IMG/VR virus record: IMGVR_UViG_3300044846_005309
Location: 32,001 to 96,000 of that record
DNA length: 64,000 nucleotides
Strand: one strand, 5' to 3'
Source of the DNA: a virus
The position numbers and the translations under genes were made by a program. Positions 48,689-56,051 of the stretch are shown here, piece after piece. Numbering within the stretch: the stretch's first letter is position 1; each line of letters starts with the position of its first letter. The notes beneath the pieces are model-generated. The model made no database searches. It saw nothing but the letters and a program-made list of their open reading frames with translations, and was not told where the DNA came from.

Positions 48689-48914
48689 AATGCGAGCTGC
48701 CGCTAACCAAGCAGCCAAGACGTCTTATAAGAGGCATCCAAACCGGCGAATAAAAAGCCGATAGGGGTGAGATCAATAAGTTCTTTATTAGATGAAATAG
48801 AGCGGCCCCGGACGCTCTTTAAAACAATTCGCCGGGCCTTTTTCCTGCCTGCACTGAAGTCTGGGTCCATATCCAGGAAGCAGCAATGCTCTAGGTGCAG
48901 CGTGGGACTATTTT

Positions 48915-48989
48915 GCCTCTATAGCACAGTGGTAGTGCAACAGTTTTGTAAACTGTAGGTCGTTGGTTCGAATCCGACTGGAGGCTCCA
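48915..48989 (+). tRNA. tRNA-Thr(TGT)
   Basis: cloverleaf, ACAGT-TTTGTAA-ACTGT, encoded CCA. Confidence 0.92.
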
Positions 48990-49004
48990 TTTTCAACGAC
49001 TCGT

Positions 49005-49370
49005 TTATACAGCATTGTATGCTGTGTTGTAATCTCGATTTTTATTTTGAAGCAATCTATATAAAACTTTGTCGTTCCCCGTTTGTTTTACTTCAGCATC
49101 ATTTATATACTTATTTACAGTGTTGTAATCTTTATTAAGCCAAGCAATAGTACCTAAATAGTATTTTACTATACCTTGAGAATCGTCGGTTTTAGCTTGG
49201 GTAGCTGCTTTATTCATCATAGATATAGCTTCTTGCGTTTTACCTTGAATAGCTAATTCTTGAGCAGCATGCCAAGTGTCTAGTGAAGGAATATTTAGCG
49301 GGTTAGTGTTACCCGTATAATTTTCGATTAACGATGAAAGATACAAATTTACCCTTTTATCAAATTTCAT
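49005..49370 (-). CDS. TPR-like helical hypothetical protein with MKF...LIE N-terminus, antisense within the array
   Basis: MKFDKRVNLYLSSLIE; YYLGTIAWL helix pair. Confidence 0.55.
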   Translation of the reverse strand: MKFDKRVNLYLSSLIENYTGNTNPLNIPSLDTWHAAQELAIQGKTQEAISMMNKAATQAKTDDSQGIVKYYLGTIAWLNKDYNTVNKYINDAEVKQTGNDKVLYRLLQNKNRDYNTAYNAV

Positions 49371-49384
49371 ATACAATATTTATT

Positions 49385-49476
49385 GGAAGCGTGGGTGAGT
49401 GGATAAAAATCGCTTGTCTTGAAAACAAGAATCGGTGATGAGCCGGTCGTAGGTTCGAATCCTACCGCTTCCGCCA
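49385..49476 (+). tRNA. tRNA-Ser(TGA)
   Basis: long variable arm, CTTGAAA loop, GCCA end. Confidence 0.9.
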
Positions 49477-49481
49477 ATTTT

Positions 49482-49680
49482 GCGCGAGGGGTAACCAATA
49501 GTCGGTTCTTCAATGGGCCAGTACCCTGAGTGGGCTGAGAAATACCAAGCACAAACAGGAAACCCGTGCCGGACTAGTACGGAAGTAGGAAGAGATGCAT
49601 CTCGCTCCCTACAAGTCGGGGTTGGACGAAATTGCTTGGGGCTCTAAGAAGGTAAGGTTGACAGCCTCCCTCGCGCGCCA
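49482..49680 (+). ncRNA. unidentified 199-nt structured RNA with tRNA-like acceptor stem and CCA end
   Basis: GCGCGAGGG pairs with CCCTCGCGC followed by GCCA; bounded by T runs like the neighbouring tRNAs; GC-rich. Confidence 0.6.
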
Positions 49681-49685
49681 TTTTT

Positions 49686-49770
49686 GGGAGTATGGCACAG
49701 CGGCAACTGCAGGAGACTGTAAATCTCCCGCCTTCGGGCTTCATTGGTTCGAGTCCAATTGCTCCCACCA
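49686..49770 (+). tRNA. tRNA-Tyr(GTA)
   Basis: GGAGA-CTGTAAA-TCTCC, V-arm, ACCA. Confidence 0.92.
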
Positions 49771-49776
49771 CTTTAA

Positions 49777-49858
49777 GCGGACGTGTCGTAATGGTAGCCG
49801 AGATGGTCTTAGAAGCCATTGCTTATGCGTGTGGGTTCGAGTCCCTCCGTCCGCACCA
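49777..49858 (+). tRNA. tRNA-Leu(TAG)
   Basis: ATGGT-CTTAGAA-GCCAT, V-arm, ACCA. Confidence 0.88.
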
Positions 49859-49877
49859 CTTTAAAATAAATATTATT

Positions 49878-50159
49878 ATGAAAACACTAGCATTGCTTAT
49901 TATTAGTTTGACTATGACCGGCTGCTACGCATCCCCGGTTATTCGTGGCCCTCGAGTAATTGTTGTTGATCCGCATCCTCGGGTAATTATTGTTGAACCA
50001 GCTCCTCGAGTAATTGTAACGAGAGAATACCCTCGTTATCCTAGTGTTTCGTGGCATATTGATGTAAATTTTGGACGGGGTCACGGTCATGGCCATGTTT
50101 ACGGCCCTATTCGTGGTCATTCGAATCCTGGCATTTGGCGTCACTATCGCCATTGGTAA
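49878..50159 (+). CDS. small lipoprotein with PRVIVV repeats
   Basis: MKTLALLIISLTMTG|C lipobox; three PRVI(V/I)(V/T) repeats. Confidence 0.6.
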   Translation: MKTLALLIISLTMTGCYASPVIRGPRVIVVDPHPRVIIVEPAPRVIVTREYPRYPSVSWHIDVNFGRGHGHGHVYGPIRGHSNPGIWRHYRHW

Positions 50160-50162
50160 TTT

Positions 50163-50250
50163 GGAAGGATGGCTGAGCGGCCTATAGCAGAAGTTTACTA
50201 AACTTCCGAAGAGCAATCTTCCGGGGGTTCGAATCCCTCTCCTTCCGCCA
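50163..50250 (+). tRNA. tRNA-Ser(ACT), rare A34 anticodon
   Basis: Ser-type body (GGAAGGA, long V-arm, G73); GAAGT-TTACTAA-ACTTC. Confidence 0.85.
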
Positions 50251-50252
50251 TC

Positions 50253-50329
50253 GCGCCAGTGTCGTTGAAAGGCTAAACTACTGTTTGCAAAACAGTTACA
50301 TGCAGGTTCGATTCCTGTCTGGCGCTCCA
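50253..50329 (+). tRNA. tRNA-Cys(GCA), atypical D-arm
   Basis: ACTGT-TTGCAAA-ACAGT; U73 then CCA. Confidence 0.8.
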
Positions 50330-50334
50330 TTTAT

Positions 50335-50411
50335 GGCGATTGTAGCTCAATGGTCAGAGTATTCGATTGTGATTCGAAGGGTTGCGAGTTCGAGTCTCGT
50401 CAGTCGCCCCA
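50335..50411 (+). tRNA. tRNA-His(GTG)
   Basis: 8-bp acceptor with G-1:C73; TTGTGAT loop. Confidence 0.9.
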
Positions 50412-50449
50412 AATATTTGATTTAGAACGTATCTAAACTAAATTTTAAT

Positions 50450-51124
50450 ATGAGTTTAGTTTTTGAAAAAATACTACCTTTAGTTAATAAAATTACCGAA
50501 AAATTTAATTTGGTATCATATGAAATTACAGAAGAAGGTATTAAGGATTACGACTGGTATAATAAAATTTTTTATTCTTTTAACAAATTTAGAAGAGCTC
50601 ATATAGAAGTTCTAGATCGTAGAGAACAAAACAATATGTGGATAATGCATACCACCGTTTTTCCGCATTTAGATGATGATGCGCCTATATTTGGTTTCGA
50701 TATAATTTGTACAGGTAATAAGGTGTCTGGAGTGTTTCATGATCTATCTATTACAACTAACCCTAACCATCCATTACAGGTAAACTTTAAAAAACTAGTT
50801 AGTAATTTAACTTGGAAAAGAGAAAGAGAATTACCCGAATGGGGCAAAGCAATTTTTTCGGAAGATATGATCGCCGCAGGTGGAAGTAATACTGAACAAG
50901 AACTACAGCAAATAGTGGATGTCTGTTTAGAAAGCTTAGATGTTTATTTGAGAAACATAGGAGCTACAAATTTTCCAAGTCCAATTTCATCCAAAGAAAT
51001 GCAGAATAGATATTGCAAGTATCAAAAGATGAATCCATACCCAGTTAAGATGTTAACTAATTTTGGATTGACAGAAGAGCAGGCTCGTCAGTTTGTTGAA
51101 AAACATCTCTTTCCTGAAGTTTAA
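50450..51124 (+). CDS. pcyX: ferredoxin-dependent bilin reductase, PcyX/PcyA-like
   Basis: FRRAHIE, MH...FP....PIFGFD, FHDLS, RELPEWG.AIFS, QNRYC..QK.NP. Confidence 0.8.
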   Translation: MSLVFEKILPLVNKITEKFNLVSYEITEEGIKDYDWYNKIFYSFNKFRRAHIEVLDRREQNNMWIMHTTVFPHLDDDAPIFGFDIICTGNKVSGVFHDLSITTNPNHPLQVNFKKLVSNLTWKRERELPEWGKAIFSEDMIAAGGSNTEQELQQIVDVCLESLDVYLRNIGATNFPSPISSKEMQNRYCKYQKMNPYPVKMLTNFGLTEEQARQFVEKHLFPEV

Positions 51125-51147
51125 TCCTTTTTTCTGTAAATATTGCT

Positions 51148-51753
51148 ATGAAATATATAGCAATATTTTTTGCATTATTACTAACTAGTTTTGCACAAAA
51201 TTTAAAAGTATCTACTAAGACTACAAACTACACTCTAACCACTAATGACACTAACACTCTTATTGCATTTATGAGTGTTAATGCCCCCTTAGTGAGAATG
51301 ACTGTACCTTCAGAAACGTCTTCAAGAAATACCTTTCCTACCGGGGCTAGAATATACGGTACATCTTTAACAAACTCGATAGTTCACATAACCGGTTCAT
51401 CAGGCGTGACAATTATAAGTCCTGAAAACTCATTTCGTAGTAAAAACTATGGTTCAAGATGGGAGCTTATAAAATTATCAAAGAATATGTGGTTACTTGA
51501 AGGAGATTTATATTCCTTAGAAATGAATGCTTTTATTGGAGATGATGTAGTAATAAAAGCAGTTGTTGATGCCGATGCTACAGGTCCTTTCATTTATAAG
51601 TGGTATAAAAATGGAGTACTAATACCGGATGCTACTTTTGCTAGTTTAAAACTTAATAATATAGACCTTTCAACTTCTGGAAAGTATTATGCCATAGTAA
51701 GTAATAGAGCAGGTTCTTACACGGGAGAAACGACTACTTTAATAGTTAGATAA
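51148..51753 (+). CDS. secreted protein with C-terminal Ig-like (I-set) domain
   Basis: signal peptide; YKWYKNG..IP.AT..SL...SGKY..IVSN.AGS. Confidence 0.75.
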   Translation: MKYIAIFFALLLTSFAQNLKVSTKTTNYTLTTNDTNTLIAFMSVNAPLVRMTVPSETSSRNTFPTGARIYGTSLTNSIVHITGSSGVTIISPENSFRSKNYGSRWELIKLSKNMWLLEGDLYSLEMNAFIGDDVVIKAVVDADATGPFIYKWYKNGVLIPDATFASLKLNNIDLSTSGKYYAIVSNRAGSYTGETTTLIVR

Positions 51754-51771
51754 CTGCATAAGTATATTAGT

Positions 51772-52128
51772 ATGAAAAAACTAATATCTGCTATATTCGC
51801 AAGTATTGTATTGACCTCTGCAGTAGTAGCGCAAGTCGCGCCCGTACCTAACCCAGATGTCTCAGAGACAGTACTAACAAATACAAAAGTTACTTTGACA
51901 GCCACTGCTGATGGTACAGCCCCAATTACATATGCTTGGTTCAAGGGTACTACCCAAGTAGCAACAGGCTCTACTCTAGTTTTTAATAGTATTCAAACTG
52001 CCGATGCAGGGGTATACAAGGCTGTAGCTACTAACCCAGGCGGTTCAACTGATAGTAATCTCGCAACGCTTGTTGTTATTACCCCAGTTGCTCCTTTCAA
52101 TGTAAAGATTACTATTACTAAGGGTTAA
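51772..52128 (+). CDS. secreted single Ig-like domain protein
   Basis: signal peptide; GTAPITYAWFKG...DAGVY..VATN..GS..S..ATL.V. Confidence 0.78.
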   Translation: MKKLISAIFASIVLTSAVVAQVAPVPNPDVSETVLTNTKVTLTATADGTAPITYAWFKGTTQVATGSTLVFNSIQTADAGVYKAVATNPGGSTDSNLATLVVITPVAPFNVKITITKG

Positions 52129-52135
52129 TTTTTTT

Positions 52136-52210
52136 ACGGACGTGGTATAGTGGTCGTGCAGCAGCCTCCAAACCTGCCCTAAGAGAGTTCGATTCTCTCC
52201 GTCCGTGCCA
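52136..52210 (+). tRNA. tRNA-Trp(CCA)
   Basis: CTCCAAA loop (31-39 mismatch), GCCA end. Confidence 0.82.
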
Positions 52211-52214
52211 CTTT

Positions 52215-52535
52215 ATGAGATTTATAGCTATATTTCTCTTTGCTTCAATAGCTTACTGTTCTGATACAATTACGTTTTCGTCGTATCAGGCCCCTAAGCT
52301 ATACAATTATAGTTATTCCTATAGTAAGGATAGAGACGATGATAGACACTATAGTAAGGATAGAGACGATGATAGACACTATAGTTGGGATAGAAAATAT
52401 AGCTATAAAGATGATAAGTATGAATATGGTCATCCTTCTATTCCTGAGCCTTCTACTTGGACTTTACTTGCTGGCGTGTGCGCCTTGTCGGCAGCATTTA
52501 TTAAACGGCGTAAAACGCTTACTAGTAAACCCTAA
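52215..52535 (+). CDS. small PEP-CTERM sorting-domain protein
   Basis: signal peptide; C-terminal IPEPSTWTLLAGVCALSAAFIKRRK (PEP motif, TM helix, basic tail). Confidence 0.85.
   Translation: MRFIAIFLFASIAYCSDTITFSSYQAPKLYNYSYSYSKDRDDDRHYSKDRDDDRHYSWDRKYSYKDDKYEYGHPSIPEPSTWTLLAGVCALSAAFIKRRKTLTSKP
52321..52380 (+). repeat. perfect 30-bp tandem duplication (YSKDRDDDRH x2)
   Basis: ATAGTAAGGATAGAGACGATGATAGACACT twice, with a degenerate third copy. Confidence 0.9.
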
Positions 52536-52767
52536 ATGTTTACTCGCGATAGCAATAACTATACTAGTTACTATAGTAGCGGTTTTTACAGTTAGCGGTA
52601 AGAAAGAGATTGGGGTATTTAACAGAGAAATCAAATGCCCTAATGCCGTTAAGAATGAATATGGTATCTTTTTAGCAAGTGGAGACTGCAAATGTTCAGA
52701 ATGCTCGCCTAAAACAACTCCACCCACTCCTTTGAATGCGCCAGTTGTAAGCGATTCAAAATAATCT

Positions 52768-52845
52768 GGGGTGGTAGCTCAATTGGTTAGTAGCGACAGC
52801 CTGTCACGCTGTAGGCTGCGGGTTCGAGTCCCGTCCATCCCGCCA
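52768..52845 (+). tRNA. tRNA-Asp(GTC)
   Basis: ACAGC-CTGTCAC-GCTGT, GCCA. Confidence 0.92.
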
Positions 52846-52851
52846 TTTTTT

Positions 52852-52926
52852 TGCCCAGTAGCTCAGTGGCAGAGCATGCGACTGTTAATCGCGTGGTCGT
52901 TGGTTCGATCCCAACTTGGGCAGCCA
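52852..52926 (+). tRNA. tRNA-Asn(GTT)
   Basis: CTGTTAA loop, GCCA. Confidence 0.92.
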
Positions 52927-52967
52927 TTTTAGTGGAAAATAGTGTAAGTATGAGTATATTATAGTCT

Positions 52968-53044
52968 CGGCCGTTAGCACAGCCTGGTAGTGCGTTCGCC
53001 TTGGGCGCGAAAGGTCGCAAGTTCGAGTCTTGCACGGCCGACCA
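52968..53044 (+). tRNA. tRNA-Pro(TGG)
   Basis: CGG start, TTCGC-CTTGGGC-GCGAA, ACCA. Confidence 0.92.
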
Positions 53045-53050
53045 TTTTAT

Positions 53051-53124
53051 TGACTCGTGGTGTAACGGTAGCACAAGAGACTTTGACTCTCTTTGTTGGG
53101 GTTCGAATCCCTACGAGTCAGCCA
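53051..53124 (+). tRNA. tRNA-Gln(TTG)
   Basis: U1-A72, AGAGA-CTTTGAC-TCTCT. Confidence 0.92.
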
Positions 53125-53158
53125 TTTGAAAAATAAGTCTTTTTTGGTAAATGTTAGT

Positions 53159-53719
53159 ATGGAGCATTTTCATTATAAAATACCCGGCTGGTTTACATTT
53201 CCTAAATTGTATTCCACTATGGTTGATAGATCTTTTTCAGGCTCTCATTTTGTAGAGGTTGGTACTTGGCAAGGCTCATCTGCTGCTTACATGGCTGTAG
53301 AAATTATTAACTCCGGTAAAAACATTAAATTTGATTGTATTGACATATGGGGTCGTTATTCAATTGACGGGCTTAATACTAAAACCCCTGAGCTTTTACC
53401 GGATAATACCGTAGAACAACTTTTCTTAAAAAATATAGAACCAGTTAAACATATAATCAATCCAATAAAAACTCCATCTACTGAAGGGGCTAAGCTTTAT
53501 AAAAATGAGTCTTTGGATTTTGTTTTTATTGATGCTAACCATGTTTATGAAGCTGTAAAAGACGATCTACATGCATGGTATAATAAAGTTAAACCGGGCG
53601 GGTTTATTGCTGGTCATGACTATTATAATGATGCAGGTGTAAAGCGAGCTGTTGATGAATTTTTTAAAGATAAAAATTTGTACTTAGGAGAAGGCTGCTG
53701 GTTATATTTTAAACAATGA
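53159..53719 (+). CDS. class I SAM methyltransferase (Methyltransf_24-like)
   Basis: VEVGTWQGSS, DFVFIDANH.YE.V..D, KPGG.IAGHDY. Confidence 0.85.
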   Translation: MEHFHYKIPGWFTFPKLYSTMVDRSFSGSHFVEVGTWQGSSAAYMAVEIINSGKNIKFDCIDIWGRYSIDGLNTKTPELLPDNTVEQLFLKNIEPVKHIINPIKTPSTEGAKLYKNESLDFVFIDANHVYEAVKDDLHAWYNKVKPGGFIAGHDYYNDAGVKRAVDEFFKDKNLYLGEGCWLYFKQ

Positions 53720-54375
53720 AATACGAGCATTTAAAACAGCAAGACGATTTTGTTTACACTGAAATTTTTGATTGGAATGTTTATCAAGCGCTGCCTGATG
53801 AAATATATAATCAGAATATTTTAGATATAGGGGGTCATTATGGAATGTTTAGTTTATTCTGCAATGAATATAATCCTAAACAAATTATCACAGTTGAAGC
53901 CAGCCCTATTAATTTTATTAAATTACTTAACAACACAAAAAATATACGTAATTTAAAAGCGATTAATGCTGCTGTTACAGTTAAAACTGGAGATTTTATT
54001 ACTATTAGTAATGATGGATGCCAATCTCAAATTAATAAAGGCAACACTAACGTTAGTACGGTCTCATTAGTTGACGTAGTAAACTGGTTTCCTGATAATG
54101 AAGATATAGTGCTAAAGATGGATATCGAAGGAGCAGAGTATCCTTTATTTTTTAATAGTCCTTCGTTTATTTTCAGACGTTTCAATAAAATTTATATTGA
54201 ATTACATGAAGAAAGTATTGCGGGCCCGGGTAATTCTATTAAAAGACTCGACTCGTTTATACAAAAAGAGTTAAAATTTAAATCTGTTTGGGAAGGGCGA
54301 TTTTTTACTAATACAGATACCGGTAAACAGTCTAATAATGATATAGCTGTATTTAAATACGAACGAGCTTTATAA
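53716..54375 (+). CDS. FkbM-family methyltransferase
   Basis: LDIGGHYG.FS, VEAS, LKMDIEGAEY, IELH. Confidence 0.85.
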   Translation: MKYEHLKQQDDFVYTEIFDWNVYQALPDEIYNQNILDIGGHYGMFSLFCNEYNPKQIITVEASPINFIKLLNNTKNIRNLKAINAAVTVKTGDFITISNDGCQSQINKGNTNVSTVSLVDVVNWFPDNEDIVLKMDIEGAEYPLFFNSPSFIFRRFNKIYIELHEESIAGPGNSIKRLDSFIQKELKFKSVWEGRFFTNTDTGKQSNNDIAVFKYERAL

Positions 54376-54378
54376 ATT

Positions 54379-54993
54379 ATGAATCCTTTGCTGTCTATTT
54401 TAGTTTGTACTATTAATAAACGAGCTTCTTTATTTGAGCGGTTAGATAAAAAAATTAGAAACCAGCTAACAATAGAAACCGAGTATTTAGTTAATTTAGA
54501 TGACGGTAAATTGTCAATAGGAAATAAAAGAGAAGAATTAAAATTACAATCGACTGGTAAATATATAGTATATATAGATGATGATGATCATATAAGCAAA
54601 AATTATGTAAAAAATATACTTTCTGTTATTAAAGGTCATGAGCCAGATGCAATAGGCATAAAATGCATATACACTGTAAATTTTAAACAAAAATCTTATT
54701 TTGTATCGACTAATAATACATCTGAATTAACTACTAAAGGTGTACATTGTAGACCTATAGGGCATTTAAACCCGGTAAAACGAGAAATAGCTATAAAAGC
54801 ACCATTTCCAGATCTTTATTATGGAGAAGATAGAAAATATTCTAATGAAATAAAACCTCATATAAAAACAGAAGTTTTAGCGAAAAACACTCTTTATTGG
54901 TATGACTATAGGCCGAATAGTTCAGAGTCTATAAAAAAAGATATTGAAGTAAAAAGTTTAGGGCTAAAGTTAATTGAAAACAATATTATATAG
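54379..54993 (+). CDS. GT2 glycosyltransferase
   Basis: LSILVCT, IGNKR, YIDDDD, GED. Confidence 0.8.
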   Translation: MNPLLSILVCTINKRASLFERLDKKIRNQLTIETEYLVNLDDGKLSIGNKREELKLQSTGKYIVYIDDDDHISKNYVKNILSVIKGHEPDAIGIKCIYTVNFKQKSYFVSTNNTSELTTKGVHCRPIGHLNPVKREIAIKAPFPDLYYGEDRKYSNEIKPHIKTEVLAKNTLYWYDYRPNSSESIKKDIEVKSLGLKLIENNII

Positions 54994-54998
54994 TTTAC

Positions 54999-55073
54999 GC
55001 GTGAGTAGCTCAATGGTAGAGCACCTCGTTGCCAACGAGGATGTTGCAGGTTCGAGTCCTGTCTCACGCACCA
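54999..55073 (+). tRNA. tRNA-Gly(GCC)
   Basis: CCTCG-TTGCCAA-CGAGG. Confidence 0.92.
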
Positions 55074-55083
55074 TTTTAAAAAT

Positions 55084-55779
55084 ATGCTTTATACAGTAAT
55101 AATACCTACATACAATAAAATTGATAATTTAAAATATTGTATAGAGAGTATACAACAATATACCTCTTTAAATGATATTGAAATTATTGTAATTTCTAAC
55201 GGGTGTAAAGACGGCACAGTAGAGTACATGCAAAAACTAGAAGGGCCATTTAAAATTGTACATTGGCCTGAGCCGTTAGGGTATATTAATAGTGTTAATA
55301 TAGGGATAAGTCTTAGTAAGGGAAATTATATAGTTTTATTAAATAATGACACCATTCTAAATGGTAAAGGCTGGTTATCATATTTAATAGATCCTTTTAA
55401 TCAAATTTCAACCGCAGGCATTACTGGGCCATATAAAGGATATTGGAATAAGTACCCGTGGTTAATGTTTTTTTGTGTAGCAATAAAAAGAGATGTATTT
55501 AAAAAAATCGGTTTGTTAGATATTAATTTTCACCCAGGCTACGGAGAAGATGTAGATTTTTGTATACGAGCTGGAAAAGCCGGGTTCACTATCCATCAAG
55601 TACCTGAACAGCGGCTAACACAAGATAAAAATATTAGTACATTAAAACATGGTAAATTTCCTATTTACCATGCAAGTAATACGACTTTTAAAGACGATCC
55701 TTACTACAGTGATTATTTAACTAACTCTAAAGAACTACTCACTAAAAAGTACGGGTTAAGATGCTCCGAAGTTAGCTAA
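55084..55779 (+). CDS. GT2 glycosyltransferase
   Basis: VIIPTYN, LLNND, GEDVDFC. Confidence 0.85.
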   Translation: MLYTVIIPTYNKIDNLKYCIESIQQYTSLNDIEIIVISNGCKDGTVEYMQKLEGPFKIVHWPEPLGYINSVNIGISLSKGNYIVLLNNDTILNGKGWLSYLIDPFNQISTAGITGPYKGYWNKYPWLMFFCVAIKRDVFKKIGLLDINFHPGYGEDVDFCIRAGKAGFTIHQVPEQRLTQDKNISTLKHGKFPIYHASNTTFKDDPYYSDYLTNSKELLTKKYGLRCSEVS

Positions 55780-55814
55780 TTTACCTATTAAAGCACTATT
55801 ATTTAAAATAAAGC

Positions 55815-55857
55815 TTGAGGTTTAAGATTAAAGTACTACTATATGTCTTGTTCTTTT
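55815..55857 (+). promoter_or_regulatory. tRNA-array promoter 2 plus boxA-like element
   Basis: TTGAGG-N16-TACTAT (GTAC before the -10) then TGTTCTTTT. Confidence 0.6.
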
Positions 55858-55876
55858 GATACTTAAACAATTTTTT

Positions 55877-55970
55877 GGTCCCATAGTGTAACTGGAAGCA
55901 CCGACAGCCTTATAAACTGTGCGCACCTGATTAGTGCCGAGCGGGGGTTCGATTCCCTCTGGGACTACCA
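55877..55970 (+). tRNA. tRNA with TAT (Ile) anticodon and long variable arm
   Basis: GGTCCCA/TGGGACT acceptor, CTTATAA loop, V-arm GCAC-CTGATTA-GTGC, ACCA. Confidence 0.8.
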
Positions 55971-55974
55971 TTTT

Positions 55975-56050
55975 GCGGTAGTAGCTCAATTGGTAGAGCG
56001 CCATCCTTCCAAGCTGGATGTTGCAGGTTCGAGCCCTGTCTACCGCACCA
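55975..56050 (+). tRNA. tRNA-Gly(TCC)
   Basis: CTTCCAA loop, GCG start. Confidence 0.88.
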
Positions 56051-56051
56051 T

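Noticed and set aside
48846-48900. Hammerhead ribozyme (CTGAAG...GAA...TC three-way junction)
   Set aside because: The core deviates (CUGAAGU rather than CUGANGA, no GAAA) and stem I does not abut the cleavage site.
49482-49680. RNase P RNA, 6S RNA or intron-containing tRNA-Phe
   Set aside because: No GAGGAAAGUCC/P4 motifs, not a single long rod with a central bubble, no D or anticodon half, and too short for a group I intron.
49367-50330. ORF-track entries 49367-49552, 49574-49819, 49595-49864, 49887-50330 and the 5' part of 49692
   Set aside because: They are shadows of tRNA/ncRNA genes; likewise 48767-48958, 52787-53074 and 56677-56862.
52321-52400. 30-bp repeats as a mini-CRISPR
   Set aside because: Direct tandem copies with no spacers, in frame within the PEP-CTERM gene; no cas genes.
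52339-52764. 141-aa ORF overlapping the PEP-CTERM gene
   Set aside because: The 5' half is an alternate frame of the repeat; the 3' TM/Cys part may be a real small gene but I see no clear start codon.
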